A stretch of DNA of 64,000 nt. Source: Pseudovirgaria hyperparasitica. Its lineage: Eukaryota. The DNA lies in assembly GCA_010093815.1 (NCBI GenBank), contig ML996575.1; one strand, given 5' to 3'. This document shows positions 11,252-23,366 of the stretch, one piece after another (within the stretch, counting starts at the first letter, position 1; every line of letters starts with the position of its first letter). The notes under the pieces were generated by a model. That model did no database searches. It saw only the letters and a list, made by a program, of their open reading frames with translations, and was not told the origin of the DNA. The position numbers and the translations under genes were made by a program.

Positions 11252-13138
11252 TCAACTATAGGAGAGAAGATCATCAGTAAAGGTAAAGGTCGGGAAGACA
11301 TGTGAAGATCTTACTGAGTTTGCGTATACCCACTTGCGACGTATAACTTCGTCTATCTCATAGTCTACCCAAGGATAGCTGTGCAAACACGTCAAAAGCA
11401 ATTCTTCAGAGTCTATGTGGTAACTCCTGTATACTTCAGCTGCCCTTTGGAGAAACCAGAAGTGATCTGTGGTTGGCTCCGTGGTAGTTTGAGTGCAAAG
11501 AATAGCTACATTGAGTACCCAAATCAACACACCGGGAGCTGCTGACCATGTGGCTATCGATACTTTTGTCAAAGCTTCTCGTAGTTTCTTGATAGCCTTA
11601 TATTGGATTGGAGCCATGCTTCGCTTGGGCTCAGAGGACTTGACTACGAAAGCCAAGAGGCCAAGACATATTGTTGTATCGAGGGCGTTTCGTGTCACAG
11701 CATTCTGCCAATGAAGGAGTGAGCACTCCAGAAGCGATGCTTGGTTCTGAAGCTCTAGAGGATCGAACACGTGTGTCTCTCCTGATAGCCAGCTGCTAAT
11801 ACGAATACTCAAGACTGCGATGTCATCAACATAGTCGATGAGAACATCGTCTATGCGAAGTCGCTGCAGGTCATCTTTCATCAGAAGACTGATGGAGGAG
11901 CTTGAGACAGATCTTGCGAGAGGTATTAGAGCCTCAGTCTTTTTGCTCAGAGGCGATATGTATGGCGGTTCGAATGAAGTGATAGCGCGCGCAGTAACAT
12001 GCCTTGTCATGATCAGTCAGCGTAGCCCCTCCCAACAACTATGCTGTAGAATCACATACCAAAGTATCATCGACTGAACAAAGCGCGTAGTTGTCAAAGC
12101 CCCTAGCCCACCCCGCAGCGCAATCATCCGCTGCAACCCGTTCATATGCATGACCTGCTCATTTGGCTCATCAGGGCTCTGATTCCGAATTCTCCTTAAT
12201 TTCGGGAGCCCAAGCATGCTTTCTTCAACTGACAAGAGAAAAAACACGGCTCCTATCGTTCCGTCGGAAATACTCAGCTCTGAGTCGTTCAAGTTCGAAT
12301 TTATCTCTGACACTGTGGCCTGTCTGTGATAGATAACGCTGTCGAATGATCCTTTGCCCATGACATAACGATGCAGCGCTGTCGAACAAAGCAAGCCATG
12401 CATAAACACAGGACTTACAAGTGCTGCTGGAAAGCACTCGGCGCTGAGAATGTTAGACTGATGTCGGATATCCATCGGTATGATGCCCTGCGGACACATA
12501 TTATTGAAAACTGGGCCGAGGTCAGTGCCAACGTGAGTTCGATATAACTTGCAGGACATACAATATTGCCAAAGTCCTCTAACTTCGGATGTCAGAGATA
12601 CCGGCAATGTATCGAAAGGGTCAAGAGCTGTGTCAAAATGTGACCTTGGCGCCACGCCAGAACTTCTATCATGGCAACGTGCGCAAAATCTCAAGCCAGG
12701 GATACAATCGGGACTTTGACACATGGAACAAGGAAAAGAAGACCTATGTCTCACAGAACCATCGTAGACACCTGTGTTGCCGTCATGTGATCGCTGCGAA
12801 TCTTCCTTTTTCAACGTCCTCTCCTGGATTAAGTTTTGGCGCGTCTGGTCAATCGTAACAACGACAAGACTCCTAGTTGCTTCAGGCGAGAGCCGAGCAA
12901 CTCCTCGCTTTATAGTCTGTCGACTTGTTGACCATGGTCGTTCTTTTCGAGCCCTCTGCATGACATGAGACCGCACAGACCGGTTACCTCTATACGACTT
13001 CTGTCTTGGGTTCGCGGAGGACGAATCTACAAAGAGAAAATCTTGCGGAGGTTTCGCTTCGTTCGATGTAACCAAATGGACTTGCTTCTCGGGACTTGCG
13101 GAGTCTTTCAGCCCACTGGCGTTGTTTCTGTTAGCCAT
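11252..13138 (-). CDS. Fungal transcription-factor-like protein (Fungal_trans_2-like, no canonical Zn2Cys6 cluster)
   Basis: FLFVD...RSVRSHVM, LDPFDTLP and HMNGLQRMIALRGGL motifs. Introns at about 12512-12563 and 12014-12059 join the two ORF-track pieces. Confidence 0.65.
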
Positions 13139-13973
13139 CTGGAGGTTGCTGTGTTGGGATTGTTATGATGAGTGTTCGTGTGTCTCGACCTTTGGCGCCG
13201 CTTGTAGGAGTCGCACAGATCCGTAGTCCATGCTGTGCAGTCTAATAACTGCCAATGTCTATGGTGGCAACTTGTCTGTGGAGAGGCAAATTCAGCCTCT
13301 ATCAATGTCCTATTATAGTTTAGTCTTAAGGAGAAGAGAGAACAAGCCGGATAAGGTCGAAGGGAATAGCTTCAGATTTCGGCAACAAGAGGCAGTGGAA
13401 CGAGTGGTCGTTGCATTAACTTTGAATCGAGATCTTTTCAAGATATGAGTACCTCAATACAGAGGCTGATGCGGATTATAGATGCTCAATACAGGAGACA
13501 ACTATAGACAAAGGTATAGGCTCAGGCCCACGTCAGGCCCCACCACGTCCAGGGGTGGCGTCAGTGACATAATCTGACAAGCAGCTTGCTGCCCTGCCAC
13601 AGTTTGCTAGGAAGCAACTCACTATCTTCCAGCTCGCACAGATGTATACAGACGCCTCTGAGTGTAAAAAGGATGTATGGAGTTAGAACAGCCAGCCGCC
13701 AAGGACCGCCGCCTACCACCCACGGACCGTAGGGAAACGCGTCGCGGCGTCGCGACCAACTAACTAATTAGCCTTGGAAGTACTTCTTGGCAATAGAGGT
13801 CGACACAACTCAAATCAACCTCATGTCAAGTCAGCTTTGTCTGACCACCCAGTCTTACCGCCGATGTCATTGTTGCCCGACCTTTAATAATATCTCCGGG
13901 ACCTCTGCTGACGGTATAAACGTCATTCACGATTGAGGAGAGGAGGATGCGAATGCCTCCTCGCTAGCAGAGA

Positions 13974-15449
13974 ATGAGCGGATATCCAGACGGAGGTATG
14001 TCGTGTAAGCATTCAACTGCTATCACTCGAGACTGACCGTTGAACAGCAAAGCTAGCCTCATGGAACCATCTACCAACAGAATTACTTCGAGCAGAGCTC
14101 GCACGACGCCTGGAGGATGAACCCTCTCCCAAACGGCCAGCTTGCGGCTCGAATACTACAAAGCATGGCTATAACACACCTGCGCATGTCGCAGCACTCT
14201 TTATAATACTGGCACTCAGCACATTCGGTATGCGATGTGCACCCAGTACAATACAGGCGTCTTATACTGATTGGCCCCAGCTTGCGCCTTTCCTATCATC
14301 GTACGCCGATTTCCGAGCCTCCCAGTGCCGCATCGATTTCTATTTCTATCCCGACACTTCGGGACAGGCGTACTCATTGCGACCGCATTCGTTCACCTGC
14401 TCCCAACTGCATTCGTATCATTACATGATCCATGTCTTCCACTATTCTGGAGCAAAAATTATACAGCTGCCGCTGGTCTTATTGCGATGGTGGCTATGCT
14501 GGTGGTGGTGGGAATTGAAATGTTCTTCGCAACTCGCGGAGCCGCACACTCACACGGCTCTAGCTATGACCTCTTCCCAGAAGACCATCCAGAGCGGACG
14601 AGTCAGGGTGCTGGAAAAAGACCGCGACATTCTCGAGGCCAGAGCTTTCGCGGATATGAGCAAGACCGCCCGGCGGGCATTATGCTGGGCGACATGGATG
14701 GGTCGACCGACAATCTGGTCGACGGTAGGTCACCCTCCGTCGCAAATCACTCGCCAATGCCTCCGTCTATAGCCAGTAGCTCTAAGCATGCAGATTTCGA
14801 CGATAATGATGACTCCGATCTCGACCTCGACGAGCTAGACCCCACCACAAACGATGCATCGAACCTCATAAATGGACACACTACACGGAAACGCTCCCAC
14901 TCCGCGAGTCCATTACGCATCCCCGAGACAGAGACCTCGGCGTCGCAATATCAAGCTCAGAAGAAAGCTCTTCTGCAGGTTCTCCTTCTCGAAGCCGGAA
15001 TACTCTTTCACAGCATATTCATTGGAATGGCACTCAGTGTAGCCATGGGAACATCTTTCGTTGTGTTGCTCGTTGCAATTTCATTCCACCAGACATTCGA
15101 AGGCTTCGCGCTCGGTGCACGTATCTCAGCAATACACTTCCCTGCGCATAGCGTCAAACCGTGGCTTATGGCGCTTGCGTATGGGGCTACAACACCAATC
15201 GGACAAGCGATTGGGCTGATGATACACAATTTGTATGACCCTTTCAGTCAGACGGGGCTGTTGATGGTAGGGGTGATGAATGCGATCAGTAGTGGCATGC
15301 TCCTGTACGCAGGGCTAGTGACGCTGTTGGCAGAAGATCTTTTGAGCGATGAGAGTTATGAGTCGTTGAAGGGGCGGAAGAGAATACATGCTTGCGCTGC
15401 AGTGGTGGGCGGGGCAGGATTGATGGCGCTGGTCGGGGCATGGGCGTAG
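13974..15449 (+). CDS. ZIP-family zinc/iron transporter
   Basis: Exons MSGYPDG / KLASWNHLP...ACGS...AHVAALFIILALSTF / ACAFP...; motifs HFGTGVLIATAFVHLLP, LEAGILFHSIFIG, FHQTFEG. The start codon is inferred. Confidence 0.93.
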
Positions 15450-16530
15450 GATTCGTTTGGCAGTTAACATCGCTGCTGTACTTTATTTTTACATACACTA
15501 CGTCTTGAGTATTGTTTCAATATAGACCTGGGTTTCCCGCCTGGTGTGCTCATAACAGGGCTTAGCGCTTGAGCACCACCACCAGTCATATACGAGCGAG
15601 CCCAACCTTCCCCTCGTTACAATCACGGCATCACGCTGCACCCCTCGACTTACAGTCCCCTTCTGGGCCTACTTGGGATCGATGAGAAGACTTTCATCAA
15701 GACACTTGCAGTTGATGCGCAGCAGGGTGGAACTGGTAACATCTCAGACAGTGATGTGTTCCGCTGCCATCGAGGCCGCCTCGAAAAGCTGCTCCGCTAT
15801 AGACTTTCAATCAGATGGGACCATCGTCTCGTACAAATTGAGCTTGACTCAGCGAGCCAGGACCGGGACCGGAATCTGTGCACAGCGCTCTTTCAAAATG
15901 GTATAAAATTTGATACGGCCTGTCATATCAGCAGCTTTACTGTACGAGCTTCGGTCAATACAGCGTCCAGACTCCAGAGGCGCCGCAAAGCTTGTCAAGA
16001 TAGCTGTCGACCGATGCAAACTCTCGAAGGCGCCTGCGTTCTTTCCTATTGTAACATGATCTCGATGTGCGCGCTTGATGCTCAGTTATTCAGCTGCGAA
16101 TGCTAATCAAATCTTTAGATATGAGGCTGTAACTAAGATTTCAGGAGGCCTTGTCGCTCGATCAGAGGTTTGTTGTTAGAAATATCATTTTGGATCGGCG
16201 GTCATAGCGAATTATAGCATGGGACTAGCTCAGCTTTATATGCTTAAGGAAACTCATGTCATAGGGCTATATGCTCGAGGTAGTATAGATAGCCATTCGA
16301 ATTTATATCGGAGTAGTACAATGAGATACACACATATAAGACCATGCCGACATCGAACTTTAGGAGAGTCAGGAAAGGTCAACGCGGTAATTTAGACCGT
16401 TGCAAGGATCTTACGTTGTATTGTATAGTCTTACTTAGTCTTGAGAATGATTGTCATCGGTAGAGGGTCAACCCGCCGCCATTCGTCGATGATCCGGGAA
16501 AAGATGAACATGAAAGTGGACGCGAAGCAC

Positions 16531-17047
16531 CCGTCGTTTTCCTAGAACCTGGCGAGCTTAGCATCTTCCATCTTACGCGTATATTCTTACACCTAATCTT
16601 TAATAGTTACTTTACCTCTCTACCTCTATATAGAGATCTATATATTATAATATTTATATAGAATTATAGAGTAGAGTAAGCTAATTTTTCCTATATAATT
16701 TTTAAGCTCTTAGCTCTTTTATCTAGTCTATAATAAGAGAATTTAATTTCTTAGAGAAGAGAAAGAAGGTAATTTTTCTAGAACCTAACGTGGTTCTTAT
16801 ATAGGCCCTCTTTTAAAAACTTCTAAGAATATTTAAAGATTCTTCTCTATTTCTTTAAAGAGATCTTATAAAGATAAAAGAAGCTTATAGATAGATAAAG
16901 ATCTATCTAATTATCTACTATATCTACTTTTAATAGTCTTATATACTTATAGATAAGTATATAGGTAGAAAAGACTTAAGATAGGAAGATAGGGGTAAGA
17001 ATACGCGTGTACCAGTTCTAGCTCGTTAGGTTCTAAGAAAACGACGG
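16531..17047. mobile_element. Non-autonomous terminal-inverted-repeat element (MITE-like relic) with a RIP-like signature
   Basis: 28-bp TIRs at 16531-16558 and 17020-17047 (25/28 identical, all three differences transitions). A second imperfect inverted pair lies at 16575-16600 / 16986-17008. The interior is extremely AT-rich and TpA-rich. Confidence 0.8.
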
Positions 17048-17327
17048 ATGGTCTGATTGATAACGAGTCATATTCGGCGAATAAGGCGTCTTGTTGTAGG
17101 AAAGCTCTTTGGAGGGGTAACGGAACGAAAATTAATCATGACCTTGTAAATGTAGCACTGCCCCCTACCCTCATCTCCTACGCGACCCGGGTCCGGACGC
17201 TGCGTGCATGAGCTCTTGACGCACCACCGACTAAAGACTGCATATTGACTTCTCCAAGGCAATATCAGGATTAGACTTCATCAGCCAACTGCATGAACCT
17301 TTTGCCTCCGCACGCTAAAAGCAGCAA

Positions 17328-19337
17328 ATGGAGCCGGCCAGACAGCCCCTCCCTGATCTGCGGATCGTAACCGCTTCGGAACTCCAGACTTTACTGACAG
17401 CCTCCCAGATAACGAGTGTAGACCTAGTGAACATATACCTAGACGAAATCGAGAGACACAATGGATATCTTAAAGCTGTGATCTGTACTGCCCCTCGTAA
17501 GGGCTTGGAACAGCAAGCGTCTCAACTCGATGAAGCTCGCCGTGCGGGGCGCCTGAGGTCTCGTCTTCACGGAATTCCGATTTTGATAAAGGCAAGCTAA
17601 CTCCGTCTTTTCTTTCATATAAACATGCGCTGACAGGTGAGCCACGCCTTACAGGACAATGTGGCTACACATCCAAGCTTAGGCATGGAAACAACCGCAG
17701 GAGCGCTTGCACTAAGAGGCTCGAAGCCGAAGTGCAATGCAGATATTGTGGACAAGGTAAAGCGTAACATCATTATAAGCACGGCTTGTATAGTCTAAAC
17801 AATGTAGCTGATTGATGCTGGGGCCATTATCATCGGGAAGGCCAACTTGTCGGTTAGTACAAACTTACGGAGGGAAGCACCTGGCTAATGTGAAGTCAGG
17901 AACTTGGATTTTTCAAGTCAGTCTCTTTTCATGCTAGACTAGCTTAGCTAAATCAAACAGAGGGGAAGGCTTGCCTTGCGGATGGTCCATGGTTGGAGGG
18001 CAGACCCAGTCAGCTTATGTTCGAGGCGGCGTGCAGCCCGACGACACACCTGGTGGCCACAGTGTGAGTATTAATCCTCGAGCATAGCTCTTACTGATTG
18101 ATGTCTGCAGAATCCTACTGGATCCTCATCTGGTTCTGCAGTGGCTGTCAGCGCAGGTCTCTGCCCAGTATCTATTGGAACTGAAACCGCTGGCTCATTA
18201 GTCGAGCCATCGTCAAGGGCTGCTCTTTACACAATCAGAGCCACACCAGGCCTCATACAACAGAAAGGCATAGTCCCACTGTCTTCGCTTTTCGATACCG
18301 CCGGCCCAATCACAAAAAGTGTAGTCGACCTTGCCGATCTCATGGACATTTTAGTGAACGGACCTTCGACGGATAACCTCGAACGGAGCTACAGATCGTA
18401 CATCACGAAATCATGGGCTGACATAGGAGTCGCCGCTGTCAATCCCTCCATATGGAAACTGCCGGAAAGCTTTTGTCGACCTGTGCCAGCAATCGATGAA
18501 CAGCTCGTAAAACTCTCCATGTCAAGCTCGATCGAGGCTGATTTGTCGTAGGTCGCAGAGTACGAACGTGCATATCGCAAAATCGAATCCCTGGCCAGGA
18601 ATTTCAGAGGAAACGTCCCTTTACCTACGACAGAAGCCTTGCAAATGAATGACGGCCCAGCCTTCAAGAAGGTGTGCGGTAAGTTGAGGTCCTTCTCGAG
18701 ATCGCCGTGAGGATCATGCTCATAAGGAGTTCAGTCGCAAACCTCAAGCGAGAGCTCGACTCCTACTTTAGTACGCTAGATGAGAGCAAAGTACGAAGTC
18801 TTGAAGAGCTAGTCGCTTTCAATAAAGCACATCCAGGCGAACAAACTTTCCCATGTGAGTGACTTTATCAACAAACATGCTCCACAGACACTCACTTTGA
18901 TCAGCCAATTCTCAACAAAGCTTCCTTGAAGCTGGCCTCAACCACAAATGGACAGACAAAGACGTCAATGAGGCTCTCACATTCATGCGGAGAGTGGCAC
19001 GAGATGAAGGTATCGATAAGATACTTCAAGATTCTGGAGCCGATGTGATTATTGGTCCTGCGAATAGCGGGCTTCCTACTATTGCGGCTGCAGCAGGTTT
19101 GTGAACAGAACAACGGTATGAACACACATCTAATATTGGATAGGCTATCCCATTGCCACGCTACCTCTGGGATATGCTGATTACAATGGCCGGCCCTTCG
19201 GTCTAGCAGCTATAGCGCGGGCTCACCAAGAGGGTACATTGATCAGATTACAAAGCGCTTGGGAGGTCACATTCGAGCCACGTAAGCCACCTCCGTACGA
19301 GGTATTCTCGAAAAAGCCCAGCACCGCAAAACATTAA
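17328..19337 (+). CDS. Amidase signature family enzyme (many introns)
   Basis: [53 protein letters not shown], and C-terminal [10 protein letters not shown]...GRPFGL. Stop TAA at 19335-19337. Confidence 0.92.
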
Positions 19338-19737
19338 GGTCGGAGGTAGAGGAAACATGTACGCAGGGTTTCAAGTCCCAAAGTCACAGCGCTTCTGGCC
19401 AAGCGACGAGAAAGTCATCCAGCATCACAGTTAGACTAGCTAAAATTGGGTGGAACTACACCTGTAATGAAGTTGAAAGACAAGCACAAAGGGCCTCGAT
19501 AACTGCAAACATTATTTTGACCCAAACTTTGTGCCCATGATGGCCCTTCTCATCCACGAATAGCCCGAATCGTCGTGTGAACATTCATTGGACCCGGACT
19601 CTGTTCCCACTCATTTTCGGCACCTTACTTTTCGCGAGACGATCCATCTCGGCTGTGTTCGTTCGGCCTGAGCTACAAGGCATAAAAGCAGCAAGCCCAC
19701 CGTACCTTAAGAAAACCCTCTACATCCCCTGACCCAT

Positions 19738-20594
19738 TCACATCTCACCACACTGCGAGATGACAACGTCCAACAACGGCCTCTTATTCACCCCACACCG
19801 CACGCCCGCAATCTTCCTCACCACATCCATGCCCCCACTCACATGTCCAAACACAACATGCTTCCCATCAAACACCTTCGCCTCCTCACCCGTGACGATG
19901 AAAAACTGACACCCATTCGTATCCGGCCCGCGATTCGCCATGCTCACCGCCCCAACCTCGTGCTTGCCCGTCAGGTCCTCGTCCGCAAACGTCGTGGGGC
20001 CAAACGTGCTGGTGAAGCCGCTGCCGTCGCCGTGCAGGAAGTCGCCGCCCTGGACCATGAGCGAGGGCAGGACGCGGTGGAAGCGCGCGCCCTTGTAGCC
20101 GAGCGGCTGGTTCGTGGCTGAGCGGGTTTCGCCGGTGCAGTAGACGCGGAAGTTTTCGGCGGTGCGGGGCGTGGTTTGCGCGTGGAGGGTGATGAAGATG
20201 CGGCCGAGGGGTTCGCCTGGGTGGAGAGGTGTTAATTGCTGGGAGAGTGTCTGATCTTTGATATTGGGGTTGGGAGAGAGGGGGGCAGGAGGGTGTGTGG
20301 TAGTCATTGGTATGAACTGCTCTTCAAGCATGATCGAGGGGGGGTCCATAATTGGGGGGGGACGTGTGTAGAATTCGATGATATAAAGTTCTTGGTATAC
20401 AGCAAGACTGAGATGGCAGCAAAGACCTGGAAATGAGATAACGAAAGGTAGTCCGACGTAGCAATGCTAAAGACAAGTATCCGGCGAGGCTCAATCTACG
20501 GAACGGAGATATCGTGTGTTTTGCGCCAGGTGCACTTACCTCCAAGCGTCACGTCTAGGAAGACGACAGGATCCGTGGGAGTCTCTACCGCCAT
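19738..20594 (-). CDS. Cyclophilin-type peptidyl-prolyl isomerase, cyclophilin H-like (U4/U6 snRNP)
   Basis: Exon 1 MAVETPTDPVVFLDVTLG, intron 20217-20539, then GEPLGRI...TAENFR..CTGE...GYKG..FHRV...QGGDF...SMANRGPDTNGCQFF...DGKHVVFG...QCGEM. Confidence 0.9.
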
Positions 20595-21798
20595 GTCGTC
20601 GCGGTTATGGTCTGAAAGGAAGGCAGTGGCAGAATATCGTGTTGCACCCGTGAATTTGCGCTAGAATGCTTGGATTACGATATGGTAGAGGTTCAAGTGC
20701 ATACTGGAAGTATGAGCTTCGGAGGCCTCCAAAAGTCGACGCTAAGGAGCTTGGACCTGTGGTCGGGACTCGGGGGGTTTCTTAGGTAGCACCAGAAGCA
20801 CTAAGAACGACAACACTTGCTTTTCACTTCGCGTTGCAATGAATACATTCATCATGAGTATACTACGTCTTTGTGTATGGAAGAGACATAAAATCGTTTA
20901 TGAAGCTAGTAGCTCCGCCCATAATTCTCTTTCATGGATGTTCTTCTAGTCTCAGGCATTCGGCTTCTCTTTGCATGCTTATTACATTCTACTTGTGTCT
21001 GTTTTCTGGAAGCGTTTATGAGCGAGCACGTACCTAGTCTGCTTTATCACCAACGCATCCCTCGGTTTGTCATGGCCTTGACGATGGCTAGTTGCTAAGA
21101 CGTTTACGGCCAGGTACGAGCAAAGGTTAGAGTGCCATAAGGCCAGAAACCGCCGATAATGGGACATCCAAAAGGACAAGTGTAGCTATATATTGAAGAC
21201 CCGAGTGGTAAGCACGATCTGAGCATTGAGAAGCGTGTGAAAAAGGAAGGGGCCGAGCTGAAATTCGCAAAGGAGAAGGTAAGAAATACATGAAGTTGTC
21301 AGACGTCCACCGCAGCCAGCATTCAATTCTGCGCGGCGAGCGTGCTGTTTGCATGTATTCTCCCAAACATCAAACAATTCGGAATGGGTGGTCGAAGTCG
21401 ATACACGAGCAGCTTCGCCAATTCAGTGTGTTGTCTTGGTCTGGCATTCGTTAGGCCCGACAGGGTAAATACTGCCTTCCCTTCGATTTCGATACCTCCC
21501 CAGTCCAGAACATGGTGCATTCGTTAGCTGCGAGATGTACATAGCCACAATTTCAGCATTCGACCAGTTCGTGAAGTCACAGGGTTGCGAAGAGGATGGA
21601 GTAAGACTGTGATGATGGAAATGCGTGTTGTACAAGTACTAGACCTATCTAACCACGGGTCTGATATCTATTGACTATGGAATTGACGCATGCTGCACGA
21701 CGCAGAACCTTTGCAACCACGAATTGTGATAGTATTCGTATCACTACGTCCGCGTGGCAGCAGATTGGACGTTAAGCTGAGTTAGTTCTGGCGGTCGC

Positions 21799-22594
21799 TC
21801 AAAGACCCTTTCCAACGAAGGCTTTCGTTTTTTCCCACAGTGGGCGGCGAGCTTTGATGGCGTCCGGCGTGGCGTCCTTTTTCAAAACAGCCTTCATGTA
21901 GCCTTCCCAGCCCGCATTGGTGCCGGTTTGCAACTCCTTTCTGACGTCATCAGAGCACTTTGCTGCCAAGTACCACGCCCCGCTGCCAAAGCTCAGCTCG
22001 GGGGTATTGACGAGTTCCAGAACCTTGACTACGTCTGTACCCGCATTCTTGAGCTGATTTTTTGCATCGTCAGTAGTGAGCACAGCCTCTGCGTACGCCC
22101 TGTTGTTATTGACGTCCTGCATGCTGCGTGTACCTTGACCAGGCACTAGTGTTGGGAAGTGTTTCTTGTTAAATTTGAACTTTTCGGACTCAAAGAGCAT
22201 GAGTGCAATGATTGCGGCTTTCTCGTAGGAATTGTCGATTTGATAGGTCTTGAAGGATTTCTCGATTTGGGGAGCTGCATCAGCAGCAGTTGCGCATTCG
22301 TTTGCGAACTCGGGTTGTCCGTACTGAGAGGGGCTGCATGTCTTGGATTCAGGCGCGACACTAGTAATGACAGATACTAGGTTGGAGTTTACATCCGGGA
22401 GACTGAGGCTTCGCAACTTCGCGAGTCTGAAGATCCGCAGCGTTGGGAACCAGGGGCTCCTTAGGTTGGGGAAGTCCAGTGATCGGAGGTGGAGCACAAA
22501 ATTTTTTTTGATGTCTGGGGAAGCAATCAGTTGGCAGACCAGCTGCCATGGGTAGGGCAATGGCGAAGATCGCAGTGACAGTGGTGAACTTCAT
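21799..22594 (-). pseudogene. Secreted fungal protein (possible lysozyme/GH19-like fold) whose signal peptide and core domain are in different frames
   Basis: ATG at 22594 gives the signal peptide MKFTTVTAIFAIALPMAAG, and this frame stops at 22361. The core domain (ECATAADAAP...AAIIALMLFES...HFP..PGQGTRSMQ) is in the overlapping frame 21799-22560. No canonical intron restores the frame. Confidence 0.55.
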
Positions 22595-23248
22595 GATTGC
22601 TTCAAAGAAAGAATGATCGTAGGATAGGAGTGAAGCGAAGATGTTGAAAAGGCTGAAGCTACAAAGGACTGTGATGACGGACCAAACCGTTTGGTGAAGC
22701 AGATGTAAAGAAAGCTGAGGGAGTGCGAGAAAAGTGCAGAGTGGTGGTGAGAGGAGCAACGACGAAGGAAAGGAGGCAGCGTTATATAGTCGATATCACT
22801 GGAGAGCAACTTGCGATGGGCACTGTGCAGGTGTTGCGAGAGGCACAGTGCACACGAGGATGATTTGGTTGACCAACTGGTATGAAGAGCTTCGCTATTA
22901 ATATTATTCACGGTCGTTCAAAGCGTCACGGGTCGCAGGCTGTTGGCCAGGTCAGTCGGCTATTTGGAGACTTTGAAACGACAATGGCATTTGGGGAAGA
23001 AAGCGTTTGGATGATGTGAATGGGTGACATGCAGCCAAGGAAGATATTTAGAAATTTAGAAACATGTTTGTTTCACGCTAGCAACGGCAGGAACTGGAGG
23101 ACGACAAACAACCCCGGAGTTCTCCACTGCGGGCAGGGACGACCGGGGGCGCGCTGTTTACAGTAGATGATTAGGCGCCGCCTAATTTTAGTGGATGCGT
23201 GATTTTTTCTCCTCTCTCTCAGGCCGTCAGGCTGCCAGGCCGATAGTC

Positions 23249-23366
23249 AGGCTACAAGGCTACAAGGCTACAAGGCTACAAAGCTCCTGCACGGCAAGGC
23301 TACAAGGCTTAAAGGCTGCAAGGCTGTAAGATCACAAGGCCACAAGGCCACAAGGCCCCAAGGCTG
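23249..23366 (+). repeat. Degenerate 8-bp tandem repeat (AAGGCTAC-like, about 13 units in two blocks)
   Basis: AGGCTACA x4, a short spacer, then aaggctac aaggctta aaggctgc aaggctgt aagatcac aaggccac aaggccac aaggcccc aaggctg. Confidence 0.9.

Noticed and set aside
20982..21640. Short ORFs between the cyclophilin gene and the secreted-protein gene
   Set aside because: No coherent exon chain or motif found; likely UTR or intergenic.
23249..23366. CRISPR-like array
   Set aside because: 8-bp contiguous units with no unique spacers, in a eukaryotic context with no cas genes.
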